In this document: piece after piece, positions 1-12,779 of the stretch
Layout of the letters: every line of letters starts with the position of its first letter
Position numbering within the stretch: position 1 is the first letter of the stretch
Source: Mobula hypostoma
Taxonomy: Eukaryota
Assembly: GCF_963921235.1 (NCBI RefSeq)
Contig: NC_086108.1
Coordinates: 93,932,001-93,996,000, forward strand
Direction: 5' to 3'
DNA length: 64,000 nt
The notes under the pieces: generated by a model
The model's database searches: none
What the model was told of the DNA's origin: nothing
The model's input: only the letters and a program-made list of their open reading frames with translations
Position numbers and translations under genes: made by a program

Positions 1-534
1 CAAAGCAAGATGCCTGAAAGATCCCAATTTAAAAAAAAAGACCAACACCCAATCTGCAGAGAAAGAGGAGAAAAAACACATGCAAACAATAGAAGCAAGC
101 AACAACATTCCAAACCAAAGTGTTTCGATCCCGAATCCCCGGAGCAGCCAGAGTGGCCCAAATTCTTGGTCTCAGTTCATCATGTAGTAGGGCAAATCCC
201 CATGAAGCTTGCAGACAAGAAGTGTGTAACAGTGGGAGCAGTCTCACAGCCTTAGCCCTGTGGAGAAAGGAGAACATTTCAGGAGAGTGACTGAAATCTG
301 TGTTTAACTTGATATGAAAATATGAAAAACCAAATTGCCTTGTGCATTTCTTCATTATTGAAGAAGTATATGCAACATATAATTTCAACTTGTTCTCATT
401 ACAATAATTTTATTTAAAGCTCTTGCACTTCAAAGTTTAACACGGGAGCTGGTGACTCTTGCTTTATTATGATAGAATTAATAGGTAAATGTAACTCTGG
501 AGCAGGGGTTCCCAACCTGGGTCCATTCATTCCA

Positions 535-1595
535 TTGAGTCTGCTCCACCATTCCATTATCCCATGCAACCCCATACACCTGCCTTCTCGCCATATCCTT
601 TGATTCCCTGACCAATCAGGAAATGATAAACTTCCACCTTAGATATACCCATGGACATGGCCTCCATCACAGTCTGTGGCAGAGCCTTCCACAGATTCAC
701 TACTCTGGCCAAAAAAAAATTACTCCATACCTCTTTTCTCAAAAAGTCACCCTACAATTTTGAGGCTGTGCCTTCTCGTTCTGGATACCCTACCGTAGGA
801 AATATCCTCTCAACATCCACCCTATCTAGTCCTTTCCAAATTGGGTAGGTTTCAATGAGATCCCCACACATTCTTCTAAACTCCAATGAGTACAGGCCCA
901 AAGCTGCTAAATGCTCCTCGTATGTTAACCCTTTCATTCCTGGAATCACCCTCGTGAACCTCCCGGACTCTCCAATGGCATACATTCTTTCTGAGATATG
1001 GGGCCCAAAACTGTTGACAATACTCCAAGTATGGCCTGACTAGTGTTATAAAGACTCAGCATTATGTCCTTGCTTTTATATTCTATTCCCCTTGAAATTA
1101 ATGCCAACATTGCATTTGCCTTCTTTACCACACTCAACTTGTAAATTAACCATCCGGGACTCTTGCACAAAGACTCCTAAGTCCCTCTGCACCACCTCTG
1201 ATGTTTGAACCTTCTCCCCATTTGGATAATAGTCCACACTATTGTTTTTTTTTACCAAAATGCATTATCATACATTTCCCAACACTGTTCCATCTGCCAG
1301 TTTTTTGCCCATTCTTCCAATTTATCTTAAGAAGAAGAAGAATAGCCCTTAACGCGGCAGTGGAGTTATCGGGGCACTGTCATGACGGTGTTTCCGTAGC
1401 AAGCTATTCTTGTTTTTACAAGGCCGAGTTGCTAGCTTGATGCTCAACCTGACTTGGATTCGAACTCGGGAACCTTTGCTCCGGAGTCCGGCGCTGATAT
1501 TATTGGGCCACCGAGCGGGACAATTTGTCTTAAGTCCCGCTGCAATTGCATTGCTTCCTCAGCACTACCTACCTCTCCACCTATCTTCGTATCAT
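535..1595 (-). mobile_element. CR1-clade LINE, 3' part of ORF2 (degenerate), interrupted by a SINE at 1332-1520
   Basis: Minus-strand ORF fragments VVKKANAMLALISRGIEYKSKD, LGLYSLEFRRMCGDLIETY, RVVNLWKALPQ..GIKGYGEKAG match the CR1 ORF2 C-terminus; frameshifted; boundaries approximate. Confidence 0.85.
1332..1520 (-). mobile_element. tRNA-headed SINE with RTE-like body and (TTC)n tail
   Basis: Minus strand: A-box-like GGTGGCCCAAT, B-box GAGTTCGAATCC, (TTC)n tail; 14-bp TSD caattt(a/g)tcttaag at 1318-1331 and 1521-1534. Confidence 0.75.
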
Positions 1596-2496
1596 CCATG
1601 GACTCTAGGGAATAATGACCATAATCCAGTACATCATTAATTCTGGAAGTAATATTAAGTCACACAACAGTAGAGCCTTAAAAGTCAACATGCATGTGGG
1701 GGAAATTGGCTTTGACTTTAAAATATATAACTGGATAAATGGTGCAACAGTTAAAGAATTATTTAATCTCAAAAACATCGATTCTGTTCAGAAACAAGAT
1801 GAGTAATCCAATAGAGGCTTACTGAAGTTCGAGGATATGTAACATAGTAAAGGTTTCAAAGAATAATAGTAGTCTTGAGGATTGGGAGAATTTTTGAAAA
1901 TAGCAAAGAATAACTAACAAAAATTGCTGGAGGAACTCAGCAGATCAGGGTGGTGGGATTTGATGCTTTTGCTGGAGCAAGTGGGGGAAGATGAGGGTTG
2001 ATGCTTTCGCTGCTGACTGTGTGTCAGAGGGGGGAGGGGGCTTTGGGGTGCTAACATTTTGTTATTAATTCTTTGTTTTTTCCCTGTTTCGTGGATGTCT
2101 GTGAAGAGTCAGGATTTCAGGATGTATACTGTATACATTATATTAAGTTGAACCTGCTGAGCTCCAGCATTTTGTGTGTTGCTCTGGATTTCCAGTATTT
2201 ACAGAATCTCTTGTGTAAAGGCTGACTAATATGCTGCTAAAATACAATGAACATAATGTAGAAATATAAAATCAAATTTAGAACTTCATCAAAATTTAGA
2301 GTCAAAAGTCGGTCCCTTAGCAGTTGACATATTTAATTTGGAATAGGGGTTATGCTGGAAATGTTGGTTTACAATTAAGCGTATCAAAAATAATTAGTAA
2401 CTAAGCAGCAAATGTATGAGATAATATGAGGAAGTAAAATCTAAGGAAATGAATGGACTGATGAGGCTGGCAAACCTTCTGAAACTGATGGCTTAG

Positions 2497-3430
2497 ACCA
2501 TAAGACTTAGGAGCAGATTTAGGGCATTCAGTCTATCAACTGTTCTCTGCCATTTCATCATGGCTGATCCCAGATCCCATTCAACCCCATACACCTGCCC
2601 TCTCACCATATCCCTTAATGCCCCGACCAATCAGGAATCGATCAACTTCCACTTCGAATATACCAACGGACTTCGCCTCCACCCAGTTTGAGGCAGAGCA
2701 TTCCACAGATTCGCCAGTCTTTGGCTAAAAAAAAATTTCTCCTTCCTTCTGTTCTAAAAGGTTGCCCCTCAATTTTGAGGCTGTGCCCTCTAGTTCCGGA
2801 TACCCTCACCAGAGGAAACATCCTCTTTACACCTTATCTAGTCCTTTGAAATAACCTGTGAATTATTCATCTGGGACTCTTGCACAAGGATTCCTAAATC
2901 CCTTTGCACCTCTGATGTTTGAATTTTCTCCCCATTTAGAAAATAGTCTGCACTATTGTTCCTTTTACCAAAATACATCATCATACATTTCCCAACACTG
3001 TGTTCCATCTGCCACTTTTTTGTCCAGTCTTCCAATTTGTCTAAGTCCTGCTGCAGCCGTGTTGCTTCCTCAGCACTACCTGCCCTCCACTTATTTTTGT
3101 ATCATCTGCAAACTTTGCCACAAAGCCATCAATTCCATTATACGAATTATTGACAAGCAATGTGAAAAGTAGCAGTCCCAATACTGACCCCTGAGGAACA
3201 CCACTAGTCACTGGCAGCCAAACTGAAAATGCCCCCTTTATTCCCACTGACTTCCTCCTGCCTGTCAGCCATTTCTCTATCCGTGTCAGTATATTTCCTG
3301 TAACACCATAGGATTTTGTCTTGTTAAGCAGCCTCATGTGTGGCACCTTTTCAAATGCCTTCTGAAGATCTAAGTAAACAATATCCACTGCCTCTCCTTT
3401 GTCCACCTTGCTTGTTACTTCCTCAGTATC
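2497..3430 (-). mobile_element. CR1 LINE ORF2 RT/3' end fragment (continues at 7965-8565 beyond nested insertions)
   Basis: ORFs with VYLDLQKAFEKVPH, SGVPQGSVLG, KFADDTK, WTKKWQM. Confidence 0.85.
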
Positions 3431-6400
3431 TGGGAGAAGCAACAGTGGCCCTGTGGCTCAGAAGGGTAGGGAAAGGAAGAAGATGGTAGCAGTTATAGGG
3501 GACTCTATGGATAGGGGGTCAGACAGGAGATTCTGTGGACGCAGGAAAGAAACATGGATGGTAGTTTGCCTCCCAGGTGCCAGAGACCGGGATGTTTCTG
3601 ATCATATACACGATATCCTGAAGCGGGAAGAAGAACATCTAGAGGTTGTGGTACGTATTGGTACCAACAACATAGGTAGGAAAAGGGAGAAGGTCCTGAA
3701 AACAGACTACAGGGAGTTAGGAAGGAAATTGAGAAGCAGGACCTCAAAGGTAGTAATCTCAGGATTACTGCCTTTGCCACCCAACAGTGAGAATAGGAAT
3801 AGAGTGAGGTGGAGGATAAATGTGTGGCTGAGAGATTGGAGAAAGAGGCAGGTATTCAGATTTCCTGATCATTGGGACCTCTTTTGGGGCAGGTGTGACC
3901 TGTACAATAAGGATGGGTTGCACTTGAATCCAAGGGGGGGGGGGGCCAATATCCTGGCAGAGAAGTTCACTAAGGCTATTGGGGAGAGTTTAAACTAGAA
4001 TTGCTGGGGGGTGGGAACCGAACTGAAGAGACAGAGGAAGGGATGGTTGCCTCCCAAATAGAGAAAGCTTGTAGGCAGTGTGAGAGGGAGGATAGGCAGG
4101 TGATAGAGAAGGGATACACTCAGACTGATGGTTTGAGATGTCTATTTTAATGCAAGGAGTATTATGAACAAAGCGGATGAGCTTACAGTGTGGATCAGTA
4201 CTTGGAGCTATGATGTTGTGGCCATTACAGAGACGTGGATGGCTCAGGGGCAGGAATGGCTACTTAAGAGTACCAGGCTTTAGATGTTTCAGAAAGGACA
4301 GGAAGGGGGGCAAAAGAGGTGGGGGTGTGGCAGTGTCACTGCTGATCAGAGATAGTGTCACGGCTGCAATAAAAGAGGAAGTCATGGATGAATTGTCTAC
4401 TGGATCTCTGTAGGTGGAAGTTAGAAACAGGAAAGGGTCAATAACTCTACTGGATGTTTCTTATAGACCACCCAATAGTAAAAGGGACATCGAGGAGCAG
4501 ATAGAGAGACAGATTCTGGAACGGTGCAATAATAACAGGATTGTCGTGATGGGAGATTTTAATTTCCCCAATATTGATCGGCATCTCCCTAGAACAAGGG
4601 GTTTAGATGGGATGGAGTTTGTTAGGTGTGGTCAGGAAGGTTTCCTGACACAATATGTAGATAAGCCTACAAGAGGAGAGGCTGTACTTGATCTGGTATT
4701 GGAAAATGAACCTGGTTAGGTATCAGGTCTCTCAGTGGGAGAGCATTTTGGAGAAAGTGATCACAATTCTATCTCCTTTACCAGAGCATTGGAGAGGGAT
4801 AGGAGCAGACAAGTTAGGAAAACATTTAATTGGAGGGAAATATGAAGCTATCAGGCAGGAACTTGGAAGTATAAGTTAAGAGCAAATGATCTCAGAGAAA
4901 TGTGCAGCAGAAATGTGGCAAATGTTCAGAGGATATTTGTGTGGCATTCTGCATAGGTACGTTCCAATAAGACAAGGAAAGAATGGTTGGGTACGGGAAC
5001 CATGGTGTACAAAGGCTGTTGAAAAGCTAGTCAAGGAGAAAAGCTTACAAAAGGTTCAAAAAACTAGATTAATGATAGGAATCTAGAATATTATAAGGCT
5101 AGCAGGAAGGAGCTTAAGAATGAAATTAGAAGGGGCCATGAAAAGGGCTTGGTGTACAGGATTAAGGAAAACCCCAAGGCATTCCACAAGTATGTGAAGA
5201 GTAAGAGGAGAAGACATGAGGGAATAGGACCAATCAAGTTTGACAGTGGAAAAGTGTGTATGGAAGCCGAGGAGGTAGCGGAAGTACTTAATGAATACTT
5301 TGCTTCAGTATTCACTATGGAAAAGGACCTTGGTGATTGTAGGGATGACTTACAGTGGACTGAAAAGCTTGAGCATATAGACATTAAGAAAGAGGATGTA
5401 CTGGAGCTTTTGGAAAGCATCAAGTTGGATAATTCACTGGGACCGGACGAGATGTACCCCAGGCTACTGTGGGAGGCGAGGGAGGAGATTGCTGAGTCTC
5501 TGGCTATGATCTTTGCTTCATCAATGGGGACGGGAGAGGTTCCAGAGGATTGGTGGGTTGCAGATGTTGTTCTCTTATTCAAGAAAAGGAGTAGAGATAG
5601 CCCAGGAAATTATAGACCAGTGAGTCTTACTTCAGTGGTTGGTAAGTTGATGGAGAAGATCCTGAGAGGCAGGATTTATGAACATTTGGAAAGGCATAAT
5701 ATGATTAAGAATAGTCAGCATGGCTTTGTCAAAGGCAGGTCATGCCTTACGAGCCTGATTGAGTTTTCTGAGGATGCGACTAAACACATCGATGAAGGTT
5801 GAGCAGTAGATTGAGAAAGTAAGCAGGCATGGGATCCATGGGGACCTTGTTTTGTGAATCCAGAACTGACTTGCCCACAGAAGGCAAAGAGTGCTTGTAG
5901 ACGGGTCATATTCTGCATGGAGGTTGGTGACCAGAGGTGTGCCTCAGGGATCTGTTCTGGGACCCTTTCTCTTCGTTATTTTTATAAGTGACCTGGATGA
6001 GGAAGTGGAGGGATGGGTTAGTAAATTTGCTGATGACACAAAGGTTGGGGGTGTTGTGGATAGTGTGGAGGGCTGTCAGAGGTTACAGCGGGACATTGAT
6101 AGGATGCAAAACTGGGCTGAGAAGTGGCAAATGGAGTTCAACCCAGATAAGTGTGAGGTGGTTCATTTTGGTAGGTCAAATTTGATGACAGAATATAGCA
6201 TTAATGTTAAGACTCTTGACAGTGTGGACAATCAGAGGGATCTTGGGGTCCAAGTCCTCAGGACTTGACCCCAAAGCTGCTGCGCAGGTTGACTCTGTCG
6301 TTCAGAAGGCATACGGTGTATTGGCCTTTATCAACCGTGGGATTGAGTTCAAAAGCCAAGAGGTAATGTTACAGCTGTACAGGACTCTGGTCAGACTCCA

Positions 6401-7965
6401 CTTGGAGTACTGTGCTCATTTCTTGTCACCTCACTACAGGAAGGATGTGGAAACTATAGAAAGGGTGCAGAGAAGATTTACAAGGATGTTGCCTGATTTG
6501 GGGAGCATGCCTTATGAGAATAGGTTGAATGAACTTGGCCTTTTCTCCTTGGAGTGATGGAGGATGAGAGGTGACCTGATAGAGGTGTGTAAGATGATGA
6601 GAGGCATTGATCATATGGATAGTCAGAGGCTTTTTCCCAGGGCTGCAATGGCTAACACGAGAGGGCACAGGTTTAAGGTGCTTGGAATTAGGTACAGGGG
6701 AGATGTCAAGGGTAAGTTTTTTACGCAGAGAATAGTGAGTGCGTGGAATGAGCTGCCGGCAACGGTGGTGGAGGCGGATACGATAGGGGCTTTTAAGAGA
6801 CTCCCAGATAGGTACATGGAGCTTAGAAAAATAGAGGGCTATAGGCTATGTTCCCTCTAAACTGTGCGCGTGCACACACATTTTTCAACCAGCGCACAAA
6901 GGAAATTAATGAGCGCACAAAAGGTTAGTTACCTAAAATAATGTAGTAATTAATAATTATACTTATTGAAAATAATCTTTTAGCTAAATGTTTCTGTTAA
7001 CTAGTTAGTTGGTTTTTCAAATACCACAATGCACGTCACTAATTTATGTCAACTCACCTATCCTGTTCTGGGATCTGGGAGACAATGTTTCATGGAGTGA
7101 CAAAGTTAAAGTTTTGCTAAGCCAACAACAACATGAAGAAAACATCACAGTAGATACAAGTTCGCTGTTGACTTTTATAAATAGTCTTTGTGTGCATTTA
7201 GAAGAAAGGTTTCCTGAAGATGAGGTACAAGAATGGTCAGCTTTTGATTTCTCCGCAATTGCAGGTTGTGACTTCATATTTGGCGATGAACAAATTAATG
7301 CCTTATGTCTAAAATATCATGCTTTTCTAGCTGAACATTCTGTAATAGTTAGACAGTTTAATAATTTCAAATTTTCCATGCAAGAAACAATTAAATCCAA
7401 ACTGATTTCAAACTTTGCTCAAATGGTGGCATTTGTACTTCAAAATGAACAGTTTTGCGACCTTGCACAGTTGATGGACATTGGGGGAACCTTTCTTGTG
7501 TCTAGTGTGGACTGTGAGCAAGGTTTTAGCCTAATGAATCAACTCAAAAACAAGCTGAGAAACCGTTTAGGTGAATATCATTTGGATATGTCAATGAGAA
7601 TCAAAAGCCATCAATTGTTAGTCTATATAGAGTTTACAAAGAATGGGTAAATGCCAAAGACAGGAGAGAGAAAAAATAACTGAGTGACTTGAATATGTAT
7701 GTAATTTTGTTGTTATTATGTGCAGTTTTATGTCAAATATTTTGTCAACCTACATAAACTGTGCCATGTGTGCATTCAGTGCACACATTCTTTTGTCACA
7801 GGAAAAAAATTTGCACAACATAAAATTTTTGTGCACACTGACTACTAAAAATTAGAGGGAACATTGGCTATGGGTAACTCTAGGTAATTTCTAAAGTAAG
7901 TCCATGTTTGGCACAGCATTGTGGGCCGAAGGGCCTGTATTGTGCTGTAGGTATTCTATGTTTCT
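3431..7965 (+). mobile_element. Near full-length CR1 LINE: SGNH-esterase ORF1 plus APE/RT ORF2 (disrupted), split near its 3' end by a hAT insertion
   Basis: ORF1 VIGDSM..GTNNIG..DGLHLN (3399-3998); ORF2 pieces YRPP, MGDFNFP, NYRPVSLTS, GVPQGSVLGP, KFADDTK; tail tattctatgtttcta ~7952-7966. Confidence 0.9.
6846..7866 (+). mobile_element. Internally deleted hAT DNA transposon retaining the C-terminal dimerization domain
   Basis: 15-bp TIRs c(t/a)atgttccctctaa / ttagagggaacattg; 8-bp TSD gctatagg (6838-6845) / gctatggg (7867-7874); ORF 7009-7650 has SSVDCEQGFSLMNQLKNKLRNRL. Confidence 0.88.
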
Positions 7966-8565
7966 AGATTTGTCAAACAAGATTTCCCTTCACAGAACCA
8001 TGCTGACTTTGACTTATTTTATCATTAGTCTCCAAGTACCTCAAAACCTCTTCTTTAATAATGGATTCCAACACTTTCCCAACCACTGAGGTTAGGCTGG
8101 TTGGCCTATAATTTCCTGTCTTTTGTCTTCCTCCCTTCTTAAAGAGTGGAGTGACATTTGCAATTTTCCAGTCTTCCAGGACTGGAAGTGATTCTTGAAA
8201 GATCGTGACCATTGCATCTGTTATCTCTTCGGCAATCTCTTTCAGGATTCTGGGATGTAGTCCGTCTGGTCCAGGTGACTTATCCACTTTAAGACCTAAT
8301 GTAAGGTAGCCTTTCCCCTAGTAGGGTTGAGCACAAGCTGCTCTAAAAAGCCATCTTGTAGGCATTCAACAAACTCCCTCTCTTGTGAGCTGACACCAAC
8401 CTGGTTCTCCCAGTCCTCCTGCATATCGAAGTTCCCCATTACAATTGTGACATTACCCTTATTACATTCCCTTTGCAATCACAACCCCACATCTTGGTTA
8501 CTATTTGGAGGCCTATATATGATTCCCATAATGTGTTTTTTTTTACCCTTGCAGTTTCTTAACCG
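7965..8565 (-). mobile_element. CR1 LINE ORF2 fragments (RT N-terminus and APE)
   Basis: DKSPGPDGLHPRILKE..NYRPTSLTSVVGK; VMGNFDMQ. Confidence 0.85.
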
Positions 8566-8567
8566 AA

Positions 8568-8846
8568 AGATTGTAACCTCAAGTTCATTTCCACCGAGAT
8601 GCAACACAGAGCGTCATAGGAAGTCATTCCTGCCTGTGGCCATCAAACTTTACAACTCCTCCCTTGGAGGGTCAGACACCCTGAGCCAATAGGCTGGTCC
8701 TGGACTTATTTCATAATTTACTGGCATAATTTACATATTACTATTTAACTATTTATGGTTCTATTACTATTTATAATTTATGGTGCAACTGTAACGAAAA
8801 CCAATTTCCCCCGGAATCAATAAAGTATGACTATGACTATGACTAT
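8568..8846 (+). mobile_element. Rex1/Babar-type LINE 3' end
   Basis: PPRCNTERHRKSFLPVAIKLYNSS C-terminus; AATAAA followed by a (TATGAC)n tail. Confidence 0.7.
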
Positions 8847-8854
8847 AAAAGGAT

Positions 8855-9630
8855 TGAATTTTATTACTTACAATCTTCACATATGAGGAGAAAAATCGTT
8901 ACGTTACATCTCCGTCTCAATGTGCAATTTGTAATATATAGTACGTACAATGGGGCAGTCAGTATAGCATAGAAATACAATTGTATCAATGTGAATTAAT
9001 CAGTCTGATGGCCTGGTGGAAGAAGCTGTCCTGGAGCCTGTTGGTCCTGGCTTTTATGCTGTGGTATAGTTTCCCGGATGGTAGCAGCTGGAACAGTTGG
9101 TAGTTGGGGTGACTCAGGTCCTCAATGATCCTTCGGGCCCTGTCTCTGTAAATGTCCTGAATAGTGGGAGTTCACATCTACAGAAGCGCTGGGCTGTCCA
9201 CACCACTCTCTGCAGAGTCCTGCAATTGAGAGAAGTGCAGTTCCCATACCAGGCAGTATGCTATATTGCATATATTGTTTTCATTCTGATAAACTGGTTA
9301 TTTTCAATATGGCAATTGAGCCAGTCAGGATGCCCCTGTAGAAAGTCCTTAACATCTGGGGACCCAGACCAAACTTCTTCAACCGTCTGAGGTGAAAGAG
9401 GCACTGTTGTGCTTTTTCCACCACACAGCCGGTATTTACAGACCACGTGAGATCCTCAGTGATGTGTATGCCAAGGAACTTAAAGCTGTTCACCCTTTCA
9501 ACCCCAGATCCATTGATGTCATTAGGGGTTAGCCTGTCGCCATTCCTCCTGTAGTCCACAAGCAGCTCCTTTGTTTTTGTGACATTGAGGGAGAGGTTGT
9601 TTTCTTGACACCACTGTGTCAGGGTGAAGC
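8855..9630 (-). mobile_element. Rex1/Babar LINE 3' fragment
   Basis: WCQENNLSLNVTKTKELLVDYRR..FKFLGIHITEDLTWS..LRRLKKFG. Confidence 0.8.
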
Positions 9631-11592
9631 TAAGGGGGCTGCTAGGATGGTGAAAAGCATTGGTTGTAAACTTAAATTCCCAGCATGCTGGAAATATTCC
9701 AACAGATAGGAAAAGTACAAATGTAATATCGCCATTCAACATGGAGAAAATAGTTCAGCCTAATATATTTATGGGAAAAGGCTAAGCCTATACTTTAGAA
9801 AGTTATGAAGGTCAATACAGAAATGATGACTGAGCACACAGTTAGGCAGTGCCAACATGGTATTATTAAGGGGAAATAGCTTTCTTTATTTTTTTGAGGA
9901 TGTAAATCGGAAGTGTGATAAAAGGGAGTCACTAATGAGAGTATATCTGAAAAGGAATTTGATAATGTGCTTGTGAAAGATTACCAAACAATAGTTTGTG
10001 AAGTTCAGAGTAACATTGCATATATTATTTTCATTCTGATTAGCTGATGATTTTCAATATGGCATACTAGTTTTGGCATCAATGTTCTGCCTTTAGCTCT
10101 TTACAATTTATGTTAAAGTGTATGCAAATTTGCTATTATGGAGGTGCAAAGGTAGATTGTAAGGTGAACAAAGAACATTCAAATTTAAGTACAGGTGTGC
10201 AGTTAGCAAACATTCACTTGGTAAATCTTTGTTACATTTTAAATTTTAATTTAAATTAGTGTTTAATGTAATTTGTCCCTTAAAATTTAATTTGCTCCAA
10301 TAAATATCTTTGCAAATTTTCAAGCACGGGGCCATGAAAACCATTAACACTTTGGATATTTAATGGGGTTAACGGGAAAGGATGTGAAATAGGGGCAATA
10401 TGCATTTCAAGTTAAAATACCTTTTAAAGGAGATCTTTAAGTACCCTTCACATGTCTGAAGTGCACTTGCCAGAGAAAAGGTGTTCCCAATGAATGCTTC
10501 TCAGTTCCTGTCTAATGCCCTTGCAATTTGCCCCACTCCAATTTAATGGCCAGATTTGGGAACAGATTCTTTCCAACTGTGATAAGACTGCTGAATGGTT
10601 CCTGACCCGGATCTGGGCCGTACCCTCCAAATATCCGGACCTGCATCTTGTTTTTTTTTGTTCTACCTTACTTTCCATTTTTCTAATTTTTCTATTTATG
10701 ATTTATAATTTAAATTTTTAAATATTTACTATCGATTTGTAATCCAGGGAACAGGAAGCGCAGAATCAAATACCACAATGATGATTGTACGTTCTAGTAT
10801 CAATTGTTTGGCGACAATAAAGTATAAAGTATAAAACTCTGCCACAAAGACCATACCTATCCTTATCTTTAGCTATCCTGAAAGATAAGGACATGTGGTC
10901 ACTATTTGTTGACCCACTGAAAGGTCAGTCACATGGCCAGGGTCATTACCAACACCAGGTCCAGTATGCCCCTCCTTCCTGGATACACTTAACAAATTCT
11001 TCCCCATCTAAACCCCTTATACTGAGAAGGTCCCACTTTATATTAGGGAAATTGAAATCCCCCATGACAACAACCCTATTATTTTTACACATTTCCTTAC
11101 TCTGATTACATATCTTTTCCTCAATATCCCGGAGGCTGTTGGGGGTCTGCAGCACAATATCATCCACGCGATTGCACCCTTCCTATTCCTGGGTTCCACC
11201 CAAAGGGACTCTGTGTCTAACCCATCCACTAGGTCTCCCCTGAGTACGGCTGTGACATTGTCCCTGATTAGTAACGCAAATTTCCCCTGCCCCGTCTTTT
11301 CTAAAGCTTTGATAATCTGGCACATTAATCATTCATTCCTGCCCCTCTTTCAACCAATAGCTATAACATCATAGTTTCATGTACTGATCCATGCTCTAAG
11401 TTCATCACCCCTCCCCATAATACTCTTAGCATTAAAATATACACACTTTAAACTACCTTGCCCATTATACCTGTTATTTTGATTTTGCCTTTCAGTACTT
11501 GCCCAGACATCTACCTTCCAGTTTGATCCTTCCCTTATTGACCTGGGGCTCCAGTTCCCACCCCCCTGCAAAACTAGTTTAAACTCTCTCAA

Positions 11593-12415
11593 ACAACAGG
11601 AATTCTGCAGATGCTGGAAATTCAAGCAACATACATCAAAGTTGCTGGTGAACGCAGCAGGCCAGGCAGCATCTATAGGAAGAGGCGCAGTCGACGTTTC
11701 AGGCCGAGACCCTTCGTCAGGACTAACTGAAGGAAGAGTGAGTAAGGGATTTGAAAGCAGTCCTTCCAGGTGAGGCATCACTTCACCTGTGAGTCGACTG
11801 GGGTGATATACTGCGTCCGGTGCTCCCGATGTGGCCTTTTATATATTGGTGAGACCCGACGCAGACTGGGAGACCGCTTTGCTGAACATCTACGCTCTGT
11901 CCGCCAGAGAAAGCAGGATCTCCCAGTGGCCACACATTTTAATTCCACATCCCATTCCCATTCTGACATGTCTATCCACGGCCTCCTCTACTGTAAAGAT
12001 GAAGCCACACTCAGGTTGGAGGAACAACACCTTATATTCCGTCTGGGTAGCCTCCAACCTGATGGCATGAACATTGACTTCTCTAACTTCCGCTAAGGCC
12101 CCACCTCCCCCTCGTACCCCATCTGTTACTCATTTTTATGCACACATTCTTTCTCTCACTCTCCTTTTTCTCCCTCTGTCCCTCTGAATATACCTCTTGC
12201 CCATCCTCTGGGTCCCCCCCCCTTGTCTTTCTTCCCGGACCTCCTGTCCCATGATCCTCTCGTATCCCCTTTTGCCTATCACCTGTCCAGCTCTCGGCTC
12301 TATCCCTCCCCTTCCTGTCTTCTCCTATCATTTTGCATCTCCCCCCCCTCCAGCTTTCAAATCCCTTACTCACTCTTCCTTCAGTTAGTCCTGACGAAGG
12401 GTCTCGGCCTGAAAC
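11593..12415. mobile_element. Penelope-like (Neptune) insertion: inverted pLTR end plus GIY-YIG endonuclease 3' segment
   Basis: ORF 11770-12096 FTCESTGVIYCVRCSRCGLLYIGETRRRLGDRFAEH; 14-bp TSD ttaaactctctcaa (11579-11592, 12416-12429). Confidence 0.9.
11689..11724 (-). ncRNA. Minimal type I hammerhead ribozyme motif in PLE pLTR
   Basis: Minus strand: agtc-CUGACGA-a-gggu(cucg)gccu-GAAA-c-GUC-gacu; intact core, stem I agtc/gact, palindromic ACGU stem III. Confidence 0.75.
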
Positions 12416-12779
12416 TTAAACTCTCTCAAGTAGCATCAGCAAACCTCCTGGCCATGATATTGGTTCCCCTCTATTTCAGGTGCAATTGCCCCTCTTGAAC
12501 AGGTCACCCCTTCCCCAGAAAAGGTTCCAATAATCCAAGAACTTGAAACCCTGTCCCCCGCGCCATCTCCACAGCCACCCATTCATCGGTGCTATCACCC
12601 CATTCCTACCTGCTCTAGCCCATGGCACAGGGAGATTACAACCTTGGAAGTCTTTCTCTTCAGCCTCTTTCAAACTCTTTATATACTCACTGTGTAGAAC
12701 GTCTTCCCCTTTTCGGCCCGTCATTGGTGCCAGTATGCAACACAACTTCTGGCTGTTCCCCCTCCCCTTTGAGAAGTTG

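Noticed and set aside
495..535. hAT/Charlie-type TIR start caggggttcccaacct
   Set aside because: Matching right TIR and TSD not found, so the element cannot be delimited
7009..7650. 213-aa ORF as a domesticated ZNF862-like host gene
   Set aside because: Lies between TIRs with an 8-bp TSD and lacks the catalytic core, so it is a deleted hAT transposon
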